Source of the DNA: Thalia democratica
Lineage: Eukaryota
DNA: 64,000 bases
Direction of reading: 5' to 3'
NCBI GenBank assembly: GCA_965202585.1
Contig: OZ241826.1
Span: 55,428,001 to 55,492,000, forward strand
The notes under the pieces were generated by a model. The model was not told the origin of the DNA. It did no database searches and saw only the letters and a list, made by a program, of their open reading frames with translations. Numbering within the stretch: position 1 is the first letter of the stretch; every line of letters begins with the position of its first letter. This document shows, in pieces, positions 13,601-28,600 of the stretch. The position numbers and the translations under genes are program-made.

Positions 13601-16600
13601 AACCCTTTTCACGAAATATTTAAAACAAAATTTAAAATATACATGTGTAAGCAAACTCTGTCATTCTTACTTTTAACTGTGTCGTAAAAGCTACTTTAAG
13701 TATAAATCTAACCTGGATTCATAGTGATAAATAAACCACACGACCACATAAGACTGATTTCGCGACCTTCAAACACGAACCTGGTCATATTGTTCATAAG
13801 AGCTGACAATATGGACAAAATTTGCTGCGCAACAACAGACAACACTTCTATGTTGATGCGATTGAACTCATCAAAGCAGCCCCATGCTCCAGTCTGTACA
13901 CATTTCTAATAAGCTCAAATATTTAGAAAATGAAAACTACCGAGAAAATTGCTGATTACGTTTTTAGAATAAAAAACTTACCTTAAAAAAAAAAGATTTA
14001 GAAGATATGTTTTTAAATCTCTATAAAAAGTAATTCCATAGTTGAGTATGAACAAATCTTTAGCTATTAAAAAGTTGGTTACAGCTTTTTATTCTCTTAC
14101 AAAAATTTTAACAAAGCATTTTTTAACGAACTTGTGCCAAACCACTGAACATTCTTCCCATACTTTTGTAATCCAGTCCTTCAGAACAATTTACTACAAT
14201 AACGTACATTCCCAAAGCTTTTCCCAAATCTTTTGTTGTTTCAGTTTTACCCGTACCAGCAGGACCTTTAGGACTGCCTCCTCTGTTGATGAATTTAAGT
14301 AAATTCTAAAGAATAGCTTTCAAAACTGAACTGAATACTTTTCATAATACTATTTATAGAATGCTCGATTTTTATCTCATTGTTTATAAGTATCATAAAA
14401 ACAAAGTAAAAGATTTCGTAACTAAGGAAAAAGCTTTTGATTTAATTATTTTGACTTCCGCGTACAGTACATCTTAAAACCTATTTATTAGATATTAGAA
14501 AAAAAATTAAAATTTGACCGATGTAAGTGTAAAGCAGTAGTTAGTGTGATATAACATCGATCTGTGAGAGGTGTTATCACAAGACGGCCAGAATTTCCCA
14601 GATATTCATATCCGTACTGAAACTGTGTATTCGTCTGACGTACCAAACAGTCATCAATATCCTGTTGAAAATTTGAATCTTTTTCAAAACTATTAACTGG
14701 AAACAAAAAACTTATAGTACTTAAATTCTAAAACTTTTCAAGCAAACACTTTTGTATTAAAACAACTAAAATAACTCAAAAAAAGATAAGTTATGTGTTT
14801 GCATGATAGCTTCTTAGTTATAAAGTAATTTCGTTTCTTTCCTACTATACATTTAAGATTTTTAAGTCTAATTGCAAAAAACCAAACTAGAATATTATAT
14901 AACTAAAAAAAATTAATTTGTTTTTTTTCTACACGTTAAATAAACTTCAAACTTTATCCCAGTAAAGTCGCAGCTGCTGAAGCCATTCAAACGACATCAC
15001 GTCCATCGTGTTGGTTTTGTACATTTTGTCGATCACGTCGCGAGCGTGCACCTCTATGGTGACAAGAGCGAAAATTTTTGACCTCTGATTTTTGTTAAGA
15101 TATCCTCGAATCATTTCAGAGTATTTGTTAAGCATAGACACCTGTAAAGGAATATCAAATTAATTAAATCTATAGCAAACTATTTTTACATGTTATTAAT
15201 TAAATAAAAGTTGCCTATACAATTACTTAAAATAAATCTGAGAGTATTTTGTAGTACGATTGTATACAGAGAGTTCTAAACTTATTATTTTGTTCTTAAT
15301 TTTACGAATTTAGAGAAAATAAAAGCACTGTAATTTGAAGCTAAAGCCTTTGATTTGTATTAAAAGATAAACTTATTATGCTGATATAATAGTAATAATG
15401 ATTGCAATTTTATTAACAAGAGCTTATAGTACGAGCAAATGTTACATATAAACTTAACTTCATATATTCATTATCATAGTTTTTAAACTAGCTATTAGAA
15501 CTAATATTTTTAATTATCATTAAATAGTTAGCTTAAAAATTGTGGTTATTTCATGTAAGTATTATTGATAAAATCAATTTAAGTAAATAAACTATATCTT
15601 ACTTGTTTTTTCTTAACACTTTTTAAAGGTTTTTTGTCTTGTCTTTCTTTACATGTTGCTAGTGCTCTGGTACAATCAGTAGTCCATTGCATTTGACTTG
15701 ATGCAATAACCATCTGTACATAATAATCAAGTTTTATGCTTATTATTATGTACTTATTTAAAATAATACCAATTAAATTTTAAGTATAAATTTAAGGGCA
15801 TAGGGGGGGGTAAACACCCTTTTTTGGTTTTTGATCTTATTTTATATAGTTTTTACTAAGTTACAAGATGCTTTTTACAGATTTTAAAAATTCAAAATAA
15901 TTTTTGAGATATAGCCGGTCAAAGTCGGAGGCAACAACAGGTTTCTTATGGGAGGCGCAAACTAAAACGGCAAATAACTAGAAATCACTAAAAATCTATC
16001 TCCTCCTACATTTTTTGAGCTAACTACCTCAAATTTTCAGGAAATGTTCCTTGCAATATTTAGAAAATTCTGTCGGAACAGAATTTAAAAAAATTAAAAA
16101 ATAAAAATTTTATAATAAAAAACCTAAAAAAAAACTGTTTTTTTTGTTTATTTTTTTTATAAAATTTTTATTTTTCAATTTTTTAAAAATTCCTTCCGAC
16201 AGAATTTTCTAAATATATCAAGGAACGTTTCCTGAAAGTTTGAGGTAGTTATCTCAAAAAACGTAGGAGAAGATAGATTTTTAGTGAAATAGTCTATTTT
16301 TGCTGTTTTAGTTTGCGCCTCCCATAAGAAACCTGTTGTTGCCTCTGACTTTGACCGGCTATATCTCAAAAATTATTTTGAATTTTTAAAATCTGTAAAA
16401 AGCATCTTGTAACTTAGTAAAAACTATATAAAATAAGATCAAAAACCAAAAAAGGGTGTTTACCCCCCCCTATGCCCTTAACTAAGACTAAAATTAGGTG
16501 AGAAAATTTAAAAAGTAATGGTAATCTTATGTTATGCGAAGATTAATTATTTGATATTAGGTTTATAATTGCTCTTATCGAATAACCAGGTCTATAATGA

Positions 16601-19600
16601 ATAAAAGAACTAAAAAAAAGTTTATAAAGATATTAAAAGAATTTAGTACTTCTTTTTTTGACTACTTATGTGCTTTGCTTCAAAGTAATAACCAACTATT
16701 ACACTAAAGTACTGTTGTTTATATGCATAAAATTTGTTAGCCTACTTAATACAAAAATTAAAATAATCTATTCAATAAAATAATGTACTCTTTATATTCA
16801 CTCTCTTTTACAATATCTAAAAAATATTTAAAACTGAAGTTTTTAATTAATCATTTACCTGACCAGGCCAGTCTTTTACCCACTTATCTCTTTTTGTGAG
16901 CAGCTTTTTAAGAGCTAGATTGCACTTTTTTAAAATTTCCTTCAGGTTCCATCTCATAGTTCTTTCTACATCGCACAACCACGCTTCAACAGGGCCTATA
17001 AAAAGTATTCACTTAACTTGGAATTTACTCTTTTAAATACTAATTGACTTAAAACGGTATTAATATTTTAAACTGAAAACAAAAAAAAAAACAATCGAAA
17101 AAACTGCAGTTTGTTTAAAACGTGAAGTTTTAGAATAACAACAAGCTAGTTTTAAAAAAAATGTTTCAATGGATAAAGATATATTTATAATTGCTTTAAA
17201 CTTTTTAGAGTAAAAAACCTTCTAAAAGAATAGGGCTGGCGTATTCAACATATTCTCCTTCAGATGAGTACATTCCGTGAGCTTCCATTTTATTGCTGTC
17301 ATTTTTCTTCATTAATAGTGACTTGATGTTATCGAAGCACTTGTTCATGTGTTTTTGAACCTGAGTTTTATATCTTTTATAATAACTTGTTTGCAAAAGG
17401 CTCTTAAAACAACATTACTGTATTTTTATACTTCTTTAGCCAAAAAAATTTCATTAAATAGCTTTTGAAAAAAAATTATACGTTTAATTTTTATATAAAA
17501 GTAATTACAGCTTCTGGATTTCTTGATTGCCCGAGTATTTCTAATAAGTCGTCGTTGGACAGGAAATAAAATCTAGGGAATATTTGTCTCTTAGTTTCCA
17601 AATACATATCGAGTGACTTTTGGATTTCCTCCAATTTCGTATTCATATCATTCAGTGTTACAAGCAATCCTTGATTAAATTTTTAAAGTTAGATACGTAT
17701 ATAGATACGAATACATCAGAAGAAAGATAAGTTAAAGTATCTATGTATTCCAAAAAGCAGTATAGTGAACTACAGTTTTTACTTACAAGTTTTTTACGTT
17801 TTTATTGCCTTTAAAAATGTAAGTAACTACTACTATTTTTTCTTAAAACTAAATCTAACTATCAGCATGAAATCAGACCAATTTTATAAAATTTAAGGCA
17901 TATTTAAAAGGTATAAAGTTTAGGAAAATAAACATAAACCGTTTACACTTTATAAATATAACAAAAGTAACTCTTTGTTAATACTTCATTTAATATGCTT
18001 TTCTAGTTATCTTTAGAGATGTACTAAGAGAAAAATTATAAAATAACTAATAGCTTGTACCTAAATAAACGTGAAAAATAGTTTATGAGAACCACGGAAA
18101 CACTATAATAGAGTTTAACTAATTAAAACGTAAAATGAATAAAACTATAAGCATTATTGTAACGAAAAAACAAAATAATTTTTTACGAGAAAAATTGTTT
18201 TTTTGTTTATTTCTTATTAGTTATCTACCGGATTTACAAATTAGGATCCGGCAAAATTCCGGTTCTGTATCCAATTTGAAAATTAAAATCTTCCAGTCAC
18301 TTTCAATTTTGCCGGAATATCTAGTGTCTTAAGACTTAAAAAAAGTTATAAACACATATTATTATTTATCATTACTAATTACTACTAATTACAAATCTCT
18401 CTATATGTTAAGTTTTTAAGATCATTGTGTTCATTCATTTATATTTCACATTGCAGTGAAACTTAGTTGTACCAAATAAACGTAACTGAACTAAAAAATG
18501 GTCAAATTAGAGACTTTTACTATCCTAGTGTAAGTTTGAAAACTTCCTGTAACAAAACAGTCTTTACTCTTACCGTTTCGTTTTATTAAATCATTACAAA
18601 AGAGTTAAATTGGACGAATTTCAAAGTTTTATGTGACGTCACAATTCGTATTGAGAACAGAAAGTGAGAATAAGAAGCGTTAATTAATTCTGTGAGAGTG
18701 AATTTAAAAGTAGTCTTGCAGACGCACGGCAGAGCAGACGCGGGGAACCGCATAGACGATAGAATACTGCAAAGCGTACGAAGCACAATCGAGAAGGTTT
18801 TTTTCGTGATGATTGAGGATAGAAAACTATATCGTAGAGTCTATTTTATATCCATGTCAACATATGTTTAGTACTTAGTTAACGTGCTTACGAGGCTCTT
18901 TTCAGCAGTCTTTGGTAACATTTAATCGTATTTGTTTTCTTTCACTTATTTCACAATATGTTTATCAATTTGTATATAAACCACAATGCACTAATAAACA
19001 GCTTGATAATATTAACTTAGTACTAATATATTAGATTCATCTGGCGTTCCATCTGAGTTTTTGTAATAATTAAAATATCCGTTATTTATTATTATATTTA
19101 TGAGCAGCTTTATCCATACTAAAACACAATCTAATAATATCCTAATTGTGACGGTTACACTTCCCACTAAAATGCCTAAATTTTTTTTTTTGTTCTTGAC
19201 ATCAAACTTCAGAATGTCTAGTGTAAATTTCAAAAATTCGTCCGGGATATTTAGTGTACTTTTCATAACTTTATCGAAATATCAAGTGTAAGTTTTAAAA
19301 CTCCCCGCAAAAATTCTTGAGACCTTTTATTTTTATTTTTCATCACAATCTCAAGAAGATCTAGTGAAATATTTATTTTTGACTTATCTATTTAAATTAG
19401 TGATTTACCGGATACAAAATTAGGATCCAGCTGGTTCCAAATCCGGATCGAAAGATGCTGGATCCAGTAAATCACCAATTTTTATTAATCTGAGCTACGA
19501 CATAGTAAAAAAAAATAGCTTACAGAGTTATGGTCTGTTCAAGTACATCAGTACTATTTCATTAAAAAAAAACAAATATATTCGTAAGCTACTGGATATT

Positions 19601-22600
19601 TTAAATGCCAAGATATCATAATTATTCGCCTGTTTATCAGATGCTAATTTAAATTGCTGACCTTTTTGAAAAATCTATAGTTGTTTCGATTATGTAAAAA
19701 ATTCACCGACTATAAGTTAGTAAACACATCTAGGTAAATGCTCTTTCGTTAGTGTTCTTATTATATATTTTTGGTTTTTTGTAATTCTTATCAACTATTT
19801 TAACGTTTATTTAAAAGTGAGCCATTGTTTACACATTAGCTAGCCATAATTCTACTAGTATATTCTTAAAGAAATATTATAAAAAAAACTGAACACCTTT
19901 AATAAAAATAATATCATAAAATAGTAAAACTTCAAAATAAGGCAATATGTAATAGAAAAAAAAAGTAGGAAAAAATTTAAGGAAACCGTCTTGATGAGTC
20001 GCCCTTTTTGCATTTTTATCCTTGTTCATACTAGCCATGATTTGTTTCCAACTGCTGTTAATTCTATCAAATTCAGCAGATTCACTTGGAAGTTGCTTTC
20101 TTATATCTTCACCCAAAAATATGTTCTAGAATATTTTTTTATAAAATGACTTGATATAGTTTTGTAACTTTAATGTAGTTAGTAACACTTTGTACTCATA
20201 ACTCAATATTCGGTTAACATTCAATTTTTGTTACACTTTGTTGGAATAGTAACAACTTTTTTACTAACAGTATAGAAGTAAATAGTGTAAGATATAAACT
20301 AATTCTGAATTTATTAAACACGATACATTATTCTACGTATAATTAATATAAGTGTCAGCTACACTAAAATACTGATAAAGCTTTTTTTAAATATAGCTTC
20401 ACACTTACCACCAAATATATAAGCTAAAAAGCATGAAGCTAAATTATAAGATTCTAGATAATGATTAACATAAAATACTGAAATTTTTCCAATTTTTAAT
20501 TTGATAAGCTTTGTCTATATTCTTAAAATATTCGACATACATATTTTTGTTTACATTTAAACAGAACTGCATTGTTTATCCTTTAAATTGTTTGTTTAAA
20601 CAATTTACACTTAGTGTCATTATTTTTAAATTGATTCAAACTCAATAGTACCAAACAAGCTAGTTTAAATGTTATAGATAACAATAAACAAACTTCAAGG
20701 TACATCCACTGACGCTGCACATTGAGCAGCATTTCAATAACCTCCATCACCATTGACAAAATTCGCTCCCACTTATCCACATCTGCCTCGAAAGCTTTCA
20801 CAAATCGACTTGACTTAATTGTGCCTAGTAAAACCTGGTGGTCCTCTAATTGCACAAAAACATCGTCCGTTTTTACCAATCTGCAATAGTTAATTTTGAT
20901 TTTCAATAACATAAAATAGGAGTTGGCAACAAATGGCCCGCGACGTACTTTTTAAGCTTGAAAATAACTTGTGCAAAGCTAATAGAATTCAGCTTTAAAA
21001 AATAAAAAAATTATAGTTAATCTTAATTTGTCCGCAAAGACCGTTACTGGTAAATCTGATCCGCCGACTAATTAATTTATATACTCTTAACTTGAAGTAT
21101 AGATAAACTTGTAGTACTTCCAAATTAATTAAAAAAAACATAAATAAATTTATAAGTATTAAATTAAACTACTGCATTTAAAATTAAATGCAGTAGTTTA
21201 TTTTTTTTGAAAATCTTAGAAACTAAAAATGTAAGTAAACTTAATTTTCATAAGTTTTAATAATAAACTAAGACTTTTTCAAAGTATATACAAAGGTCTT
21301 ACTTAAAATGGCCTTTATTTTTATAAGGGGCTGTAGTTACTTCCATGTCTATCCAGACTGAAGCAATATTTTCCAATCCCTAAACAATAGAAATTAAGTT
21401 AAACTATAAGTCCACCTATAATGTTAAAAAGCAAGTTACTGTTTCAATTTGAAGTTCTTTTGTGGCTGAGTTTGAAATATCACTAATTTTATCTGCATAG
21501 TTATCCATTCCCATGTCAACTATTGTTTCTAATGTGAATGAAGAATCGTTGGGATTGAATGTTTTTTGAACCTATTGTCATTAAAAAACGATTATACATC
21601 TGCATTGATATTTGATTTATTAAATAAAACATGCTTTGTACTTAAAATCTAAATTCATTTACTTTACAATCGGAAACAAAAATAGGAAGTTGCATTTAAG
21701 ACATAGATAATAGTGTTAACCAATTCTTGAATTTGATCCCAGTGCCGATCCCTCATTGCTGGGTTTTTTAGATCAGTTATCAGTGGCATTGTTCTACGGA
21801 ACTGGTCTACTCTATTCCTTGATGCAATTACTATCTCCCAGTTCTTTGACTTTAAAATTGACTTTAGTTTAAAACCAAATCACATAACAGAATAATCATA
21901 GTCTTTTACATGTTTTATATTTTATAAGTATATTTTGTAAAAAAAATGTTTAAAGAAAGGTTCATTTTAGATGTAAAATTTGATTTTGAAATATTTGTAT
22001 AATAAGATTAAATTTTTTAAATGATTAGTTTTACATAACGGTTGAACTAGTGTAAATAATAGACTTTTAATTCTTTAGAAAGCTTGTTTAGTTTTCTGTA
22101 AGTGTTTTGAGCAGTATCATCCATTGTTGTAGTGTGAAGGTCTTGAAACTGTCCAGTTTTCCATTCATCATAAAGCTCATCCCATTCTTTCGTAATCATC
22201 CAAACCTTTAATATCGATTTACTGCATTTAAAATATGGAAGAAGCTATTGAAAGGGTGGCAATAATTTTAATTAAAAAATTAGTTCCAGGTTTTCTGAAT
22301 TCCTTCCAGAAATCATAATTATCAAAGTATAAGTTTTTCTTGTCCTCTTTAGGTATAAACTTTAACTAAAGATAAAAGCTGGTTTTAATAGTTTTAAAAT
22401 ACTGTTAATATAAGGTATTGCTATTTTAGATTTATTTCCATTGCAGCCTGTATCAGTTTTATACACAACTTCTTCCAAGTTTTTTTTCATTAGTTTAGTT
22501 AAGTACTAAAAGTTTCAAATAAAAATAAAAATTAAAAAATAGTTAACATTGTTAGATTAGAATAATGTTTTTATAAATCAAATATTCAAGGATTTCATTA

Positions 22601-25600
22601 AAAAATTTTAGGCTACCCATAATTTTTCCAAAATTTATCAATTTATATAATTTTCCTTTAAATCTAAATATTCATCATTTTTTGATTCCTAGATTTTTGG
22701 CCATACTTTATCAGTAAAAATAATAAAACATTTTATCTTTTATGTTACATACCTGCAACAAACATCGGTAATAAGAAAAATAAAAGGCTTTTATAGCCAA
22801 AAAAGCTAAATTTTTAATAGTTGTATCAAAGTTTATTTTTTCCGAGACTTCTATCTTTCTTTCAAAGTTAAAGTTTATTAGCTGTTTAAATAAAAAAGAA
22901 ACATGATGGTGTAAAAAAATAGATTTCTGTTTTTCAATTGAACTAACAGTATCAATAGAATCTAGTTCTTTGATGAGCGCCTGGAGGTCTTTAGACGGAG
23001 CTTGATCAATTTTAAACAGCGTTAACCCTTGTTTTATAATTAACTGTTCTTTCTCAAAATCTTTTATGTGATCTCTGCAAAAATTATAAAAAGTAATAAT
23101 TTAAAATATTAAAGTTGAATAAAAAGCATAACTTTTTTCAATAAATTTTTATTTATCTCTTTGGATTAGAGTTGATAAATTAGATTTTTACTCTTAAAAT
23201 AAACTAAAAGTAAAAAAATATCTGTCAAAATACTAACAAATTTGTATTTTGCAGAAAATAGGTATAACTACACCAGCAAATAAAAATTAAATTGTGTAAT
23301 AAAAAAAAAGTTTTACAAAAGGTTCAAAATATCATAACACACCCTAAGAATTTTTTTATAACTTTAAACTTGTTAGGTGATATGGTAATAAGTAAAATAA
23401 ATATTTTCTGAAGTAACAAAACAATGAACTTTTAAGGTAGTCGAATTATCAAAATATATTGAAGTTTTCTGTGATTATTCAAAAATACAGTTCTACAAAA
23501 TTTAAATTTGTTATTATTTATACACAAGACATAATAAAAAAAAAATCTTACTTAAAGTCCTGCAACTTGTCAGTAGCATCGGAAACATTCCACACGCTAG
23601 TAAACGGCCCGTTGTTGACAAAATCATTCGTCAGTTGGGTTACTTTTTTGCGGAACTCATCACCTTGGGTCAAAAGTCCCAATTTAAACTTTTCTTTGTG
23701 CTTCTTCAGCTGCTGTTCTGAATCTATAATTGCCTGCTGAAAGTCCATCCACTCAGTACCAACTGATTCCAACAAGCCTAATGTCTGTGTTTTTATTATG
23801 AATAATTTACACAATTGCAAACAAAAAGTTAACTTTACAAAACTAAGTAGAACCAAATGAGATTCTAAAATATATTCAAAAATACGTATTTTCATATCTA
23901 GACGAACGACATAAATGTTATAAAACTAATACTACAAATTGATAAAGATAAACGTTTCTAATTCCTGTTTTTTAATTAAATTTCTTTTATACTTTAACTA
24001 CAAAACTATTATAATTAAGGAAATTTTAAAACAACCCCTTCTTCTACAGGAACTTCGTATTTTTCTAATATAGCAAATTGTTCGTGCAATATAGGGATTC
24101 GAGCTTCAGTTTGCTGAAGTCTGCTGTGAAGGCGCTCCCAAAGTTCCAACACGCTGCTCAGCTCGACCAGCGTCGTAGGTGGCTTTAACACTCTTGAAAA
24201 AGTTTAACCGGGTTATTGCAATTTTTACAACTGTATGACTTGGGTTGTAATATACCAAAACAAAGAACAAACTAACTCTACGGTGTTAGTTTTAAGAAAC
24301 TCAATTAAATCGTGTAAACGCTTAGTTGCCATGTCTTTAAGAAGGGTAGTAAATCTGTTCTGCCATTCAACACAGTGTGCTAATAGTGCGAACTTTAGAG
24401 GACTGCTGTCCAGCAAAATAAACTCAATGCTCAGCACAGTTTCCTCTTTTTGCACGTTGTTGCTGACTTCAGTGTACCTGTTAAATGAGTTTACAAACTT
24501 ACAACTAAAACTGTTCAGGATACAAGATTGAAGTATTTGTTTTTATTAAACATTGAAATTTCTTTAAAATGTTTGCAACAAAATCATCAAACGTTTATTT
24601 TACCTGTGATACATGAAATCACCAATTAAAAAAAATTAACATTTTTTAAATAGTAAAATGATTGAGCTTTTAGAGATAAACAAACCTTCCAATATCAGCA
24701 TCAAAACTAGCTACAGGTGGATTCAATCGTTGATATCTCTTTATAAAAGCAGATTTATTAATTTCCCAGATTTCCTTGTAGTTATCCCAGGTAGACAAGT
24801 AATTGCGCAAATGTTTAGAGTTTTCAGTTAAACCATCTTGTATTTGCCTCTGAATTTTACTTAGCTCTTCATCTATTTCTATATTGTAAGAAAACAGTTT
24901 ACCATACAAGTTACAAACTTTACTTCGATAAAAAACGTAATTAAAATATATTTATGTGCTAAGTTAGGGTATAAAAAAGTTTTGTATTGATATTGATAAA
25001 ATAAAATATAATATGAGATTTTTATCTTAGCAATATTTAGCTATAACTTTTATAGTATTTATAAAAACGTATAACAAAAATATGCAACATTCTTCCCAAG
25101 TTTATTAATTTGTTAGATATTACTTTTGATATTGCTTTACAGAAAAAAATAATTTCAATAGATACTGAAGACTATAGGTGTGTTTAATAAGCTAATATTT
25201 AAAAAAACTGTTATCAGGTTGTAATGCAACTAAAACTTAAGCATCAAATTCCGTAGTAATTTTCTTTAATGATAAAAAAATATTTACTGAAACAAACTTG
25301 TTTATCTTTAAATCTATAGACGCTTACTAACCAATAACACGTTCATAGGATCCTTTGTTAGCTCGTATATGTCGACGATTCTTAACCAAGAACTCAGGAA
25401 GTCGTTTAAACATTTTCAATGACGATGTTAGACTTCCACTTACATCCTTGATGCAAGTATGAAGATTTTGCATGGTCGGTTCAAAATCCACCTAAATATT
25501 ATATTAAATTGAATACGGATATCTATCTAAATTTCTAAATAAGAGTTGTCATAAGGAGATGCAAGAAGCATAATATAATGCTTCCTCAGCAGGAACTTTT

Positions 25601-28600
25601 ATCATCAATAAAACACTGCTAAATAGAACATTTAAAAGCAAAGTATGAATAAATATTTTTCCATTTAATAGTTTAAATCCTTTTTTTTACTAAGTACGGA
25701 TTTTACATGAAAAAATTTTTGTAACCACTTAATGTATTTTAAAAACAATCGTTCCATGATATATTTGAATGCATGTTTTACATTTACGGTACATTTTTAA
25801 GTTACGTATACATGTCTAATTAAATCATAGTCTGTACTATGAATTATTTACATCTTCATATTTTTATAAAGTATAGAACCTTTTTGAAGTATTATAAAAT
25901 TTAAATGGTACGTCTCTTTTATAATACTTTTTGTGCATTGCACATAGCGTAAACTAGATAGAATTTTTTTATTTTGAACTTAAAAATATTTTAATAAACA
26001 TAATTTTAAATATAGTAAAGTTCTTTTATCTTTAAGATGTTTTAGTAATTCTAGTTATAACCATTAGCTAAAAAACTAGTTGATAAAAAAAAGAAGTTAT
26101 AACTTGCAAAAAGCGTTATAAATTATTACTTTTTAAACAAATTGGAAAATGGAGTAAAAACATTTAAAAAACATTAAACCTATCTAAAACAAACTCAAGT
26201 ATTACAAGCATTAATAAATCAACTATAAAACACTTACAGTAGGAATATTATGCCTTCCAGGCTGAAGAACAACTTCTACTTTAAAGAGTGGATCTGGGGA
26301 GGACTTTCCATCACCATTGATGGCGCGTGAAATTTCTAACAGAGAATATTTCATATTAAGCCGGTAAGCTTCTTCTACGTACGAATCGATTCGATAAACA
26401 TATTTTGACCAATGAGAATGAACCTGACGTTAAAGCTACCATTATTTGTATTATATATGATTATAGAACTAATGGAACTTTATAATAGTAATATGATAAA
26501 TTAATAAGACAACTATTTTTCTTGATGTTAGCAAGTGAGATTTAGTACTTGACAACTTCATTTAAAAATTTCTTTTTTTACACAAAAATTTAAAAAAATA
26601 TCAAACAACTTAACCCTTCTATAGATAACTTATATTAAACAAAGTCAAATTAAATAATCCTAAATAAAAAAGTATTGTTTATGTTGTTATTTATTTTACT
26701 TTTATGTTTTACCTCACCGCCATCTTGTTCAAATATTTTAAATGTTTTTCTCAAAATATTAATAATTTCAGTGTGCAGTTTATTAAGAGCATTAGTAGCT
26801 CGTTGCTTATGTTGTTGCTGGTCAATCTGAAACTCCAAATCCTTCAAAAAACATAATTAAGTTGAAAACATTACGCTAGTTCAAACAAATTTAAGTTTTA
26901 CCGTACAAAAAATTTAACTGTATAAACTTTTAACTATTCCATAAATAACCAGAAATTTTCAGAGTGATTTATACCCAAAAGAACAGTAGATATATAAAAA
27001 CTAACTTCAATTTTTTAAAAGTATCATAAGGAAAAAAACATTAATCTAGTATAACGTTGTAAAAAAAATATTTGAGAAACTAAACATTATAACAAAATTT
27101 ACCACATCAAAACTAAAACAAACACAAATGCACAAACCTCATATACATCATTATGAGGAATGCTTACAAGTAATACTTGCGTGATTTTTCTACAAGTTTG
27201 AGCAACTCGCATGTTAGTTCGTTTGTACTCATCTACAAGCGCTTGAACCTGCAAAAAGTAAACATTTGCAAATTAGGTCAAGCAAAGATTTTTCGGTGCG
27301 CAAATCCATTCGTCCATTAACCCTATCATTTAGTTTTATCTCAAACCATTTTAATTTTCAAAAATATTTTATAGCGTCTTACTGTATGTGATGCAACTAT
27401 ATATCAATAAATGATGTTACTTTGCTATTTTTGTTGATTTCAATGGTTAAAAAATGCGCAGCAAAGAAAAGTGTTTACAATTTTTTTAGCTAAAACAACC
27501 TAAACTTAAATAAATATTTGAAATATTCCTCTTAATTTCAGTTAAAACAAGCACATTAGTTTGTGGCTGACTCGTCGTCTAACAGGGCTATTCTGAAGAA
27601 GCGCAATTTTTAGGATAAACTACATGGTTATTTGCGCGCAAAATAGGCACATTTCTAAAGACTTTTTAAACAAGCCCCCTATGCCCTTAACTTGTTGGTA
27701 TCTATTAAAAGTTCAAATAGTATGCTGCCTTCTCAAAGCGGAAGGATAGAACGCCATATTATAAAGGAAAAAATATGGTAGAATGAAATACTTAATACTT
27801 AAAAACATTTAATATAGCAGAAAATTATAAGTATTCATGCTACAAATTTAATATTTAATGCAGTTTAAAATTTCTCTACTAAATTATGTAAATTCAAAAA
27901 CTGAATAAATAAGTTATTTTTATGAAATTGTTAAGAAAATACTTAGGGAAACTAGATGAAGTTATACAAAAATTAGTGTGTATCTTTTTTTCCGAAGGAC
28001 TCCAAAGCATTCTTGTATATATTTTTTTATACTCTATACCTGAATTAGAGGCAGGGATGTCAGGGGATGCTGATATAGGATGCATTTAGGACAAAAAACT
28101 CTTAACTCGATCCTTATCATGAACAGCTAAAATATCTAAACAAAATTTAAAAGATTTTTAAACTTGTGTTCGAACTTACTTTGAGAAAAGTAGACGATTA
28201 CAATTGTACAAGAGAAGAAAAACAAATGTTGGCAAACGTAACGAGGGTTCCCATAGATCGAGCTTAAAAAAATTCCTGACTTTTCTAAATCAAATTCTTA
28301 ATTAAAACCGATTTAAAAATACATAACCAAAGACTTGAACGATTTTAATTTATTCCAAAAATTCAATTAGATCCTAAATAAAAGAAAAATTGAGAAATAA
28401 AAATTTTCTAGAAAAACATTGGTAAAATACAGTTTTTAGTGATGATAGATTTTCTTATTAAGAGCATGTTATATCAAATTTTCTTAATTTTTCTGATTTT
28501 TTTCGAAAAATCCCTTTTCTTTCCTGATTTTTGTCATATTTTTATTTATCCTGACCTTTTCTGATTTTCCTGACTTTGTGGCAACCCTGGTCGCCAAAAA

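Noticed and set aside
18894-18910. GGCTCTTTTCAG resembling the histone 3' stem-loop
   Set aside because: The 3' arm (CAGCAGTC rather than AGAGCC) cannot close the stem, and there is no histone ORF upstream.
19012-19291. ORFs at 19012-19266 and 19100-19291; one frame has SGKCNRHN, faintly like a mariner motif
   Set aside because: Low-complexity AT-rich translation with stops and no DDE context or TIRs.
27894-28085. 63-aa ORF and GC-richer patch in intron 15
   Set aside because: No recognisable domain or compatible splice sites; probably a decayed repeat that I cannot assign.
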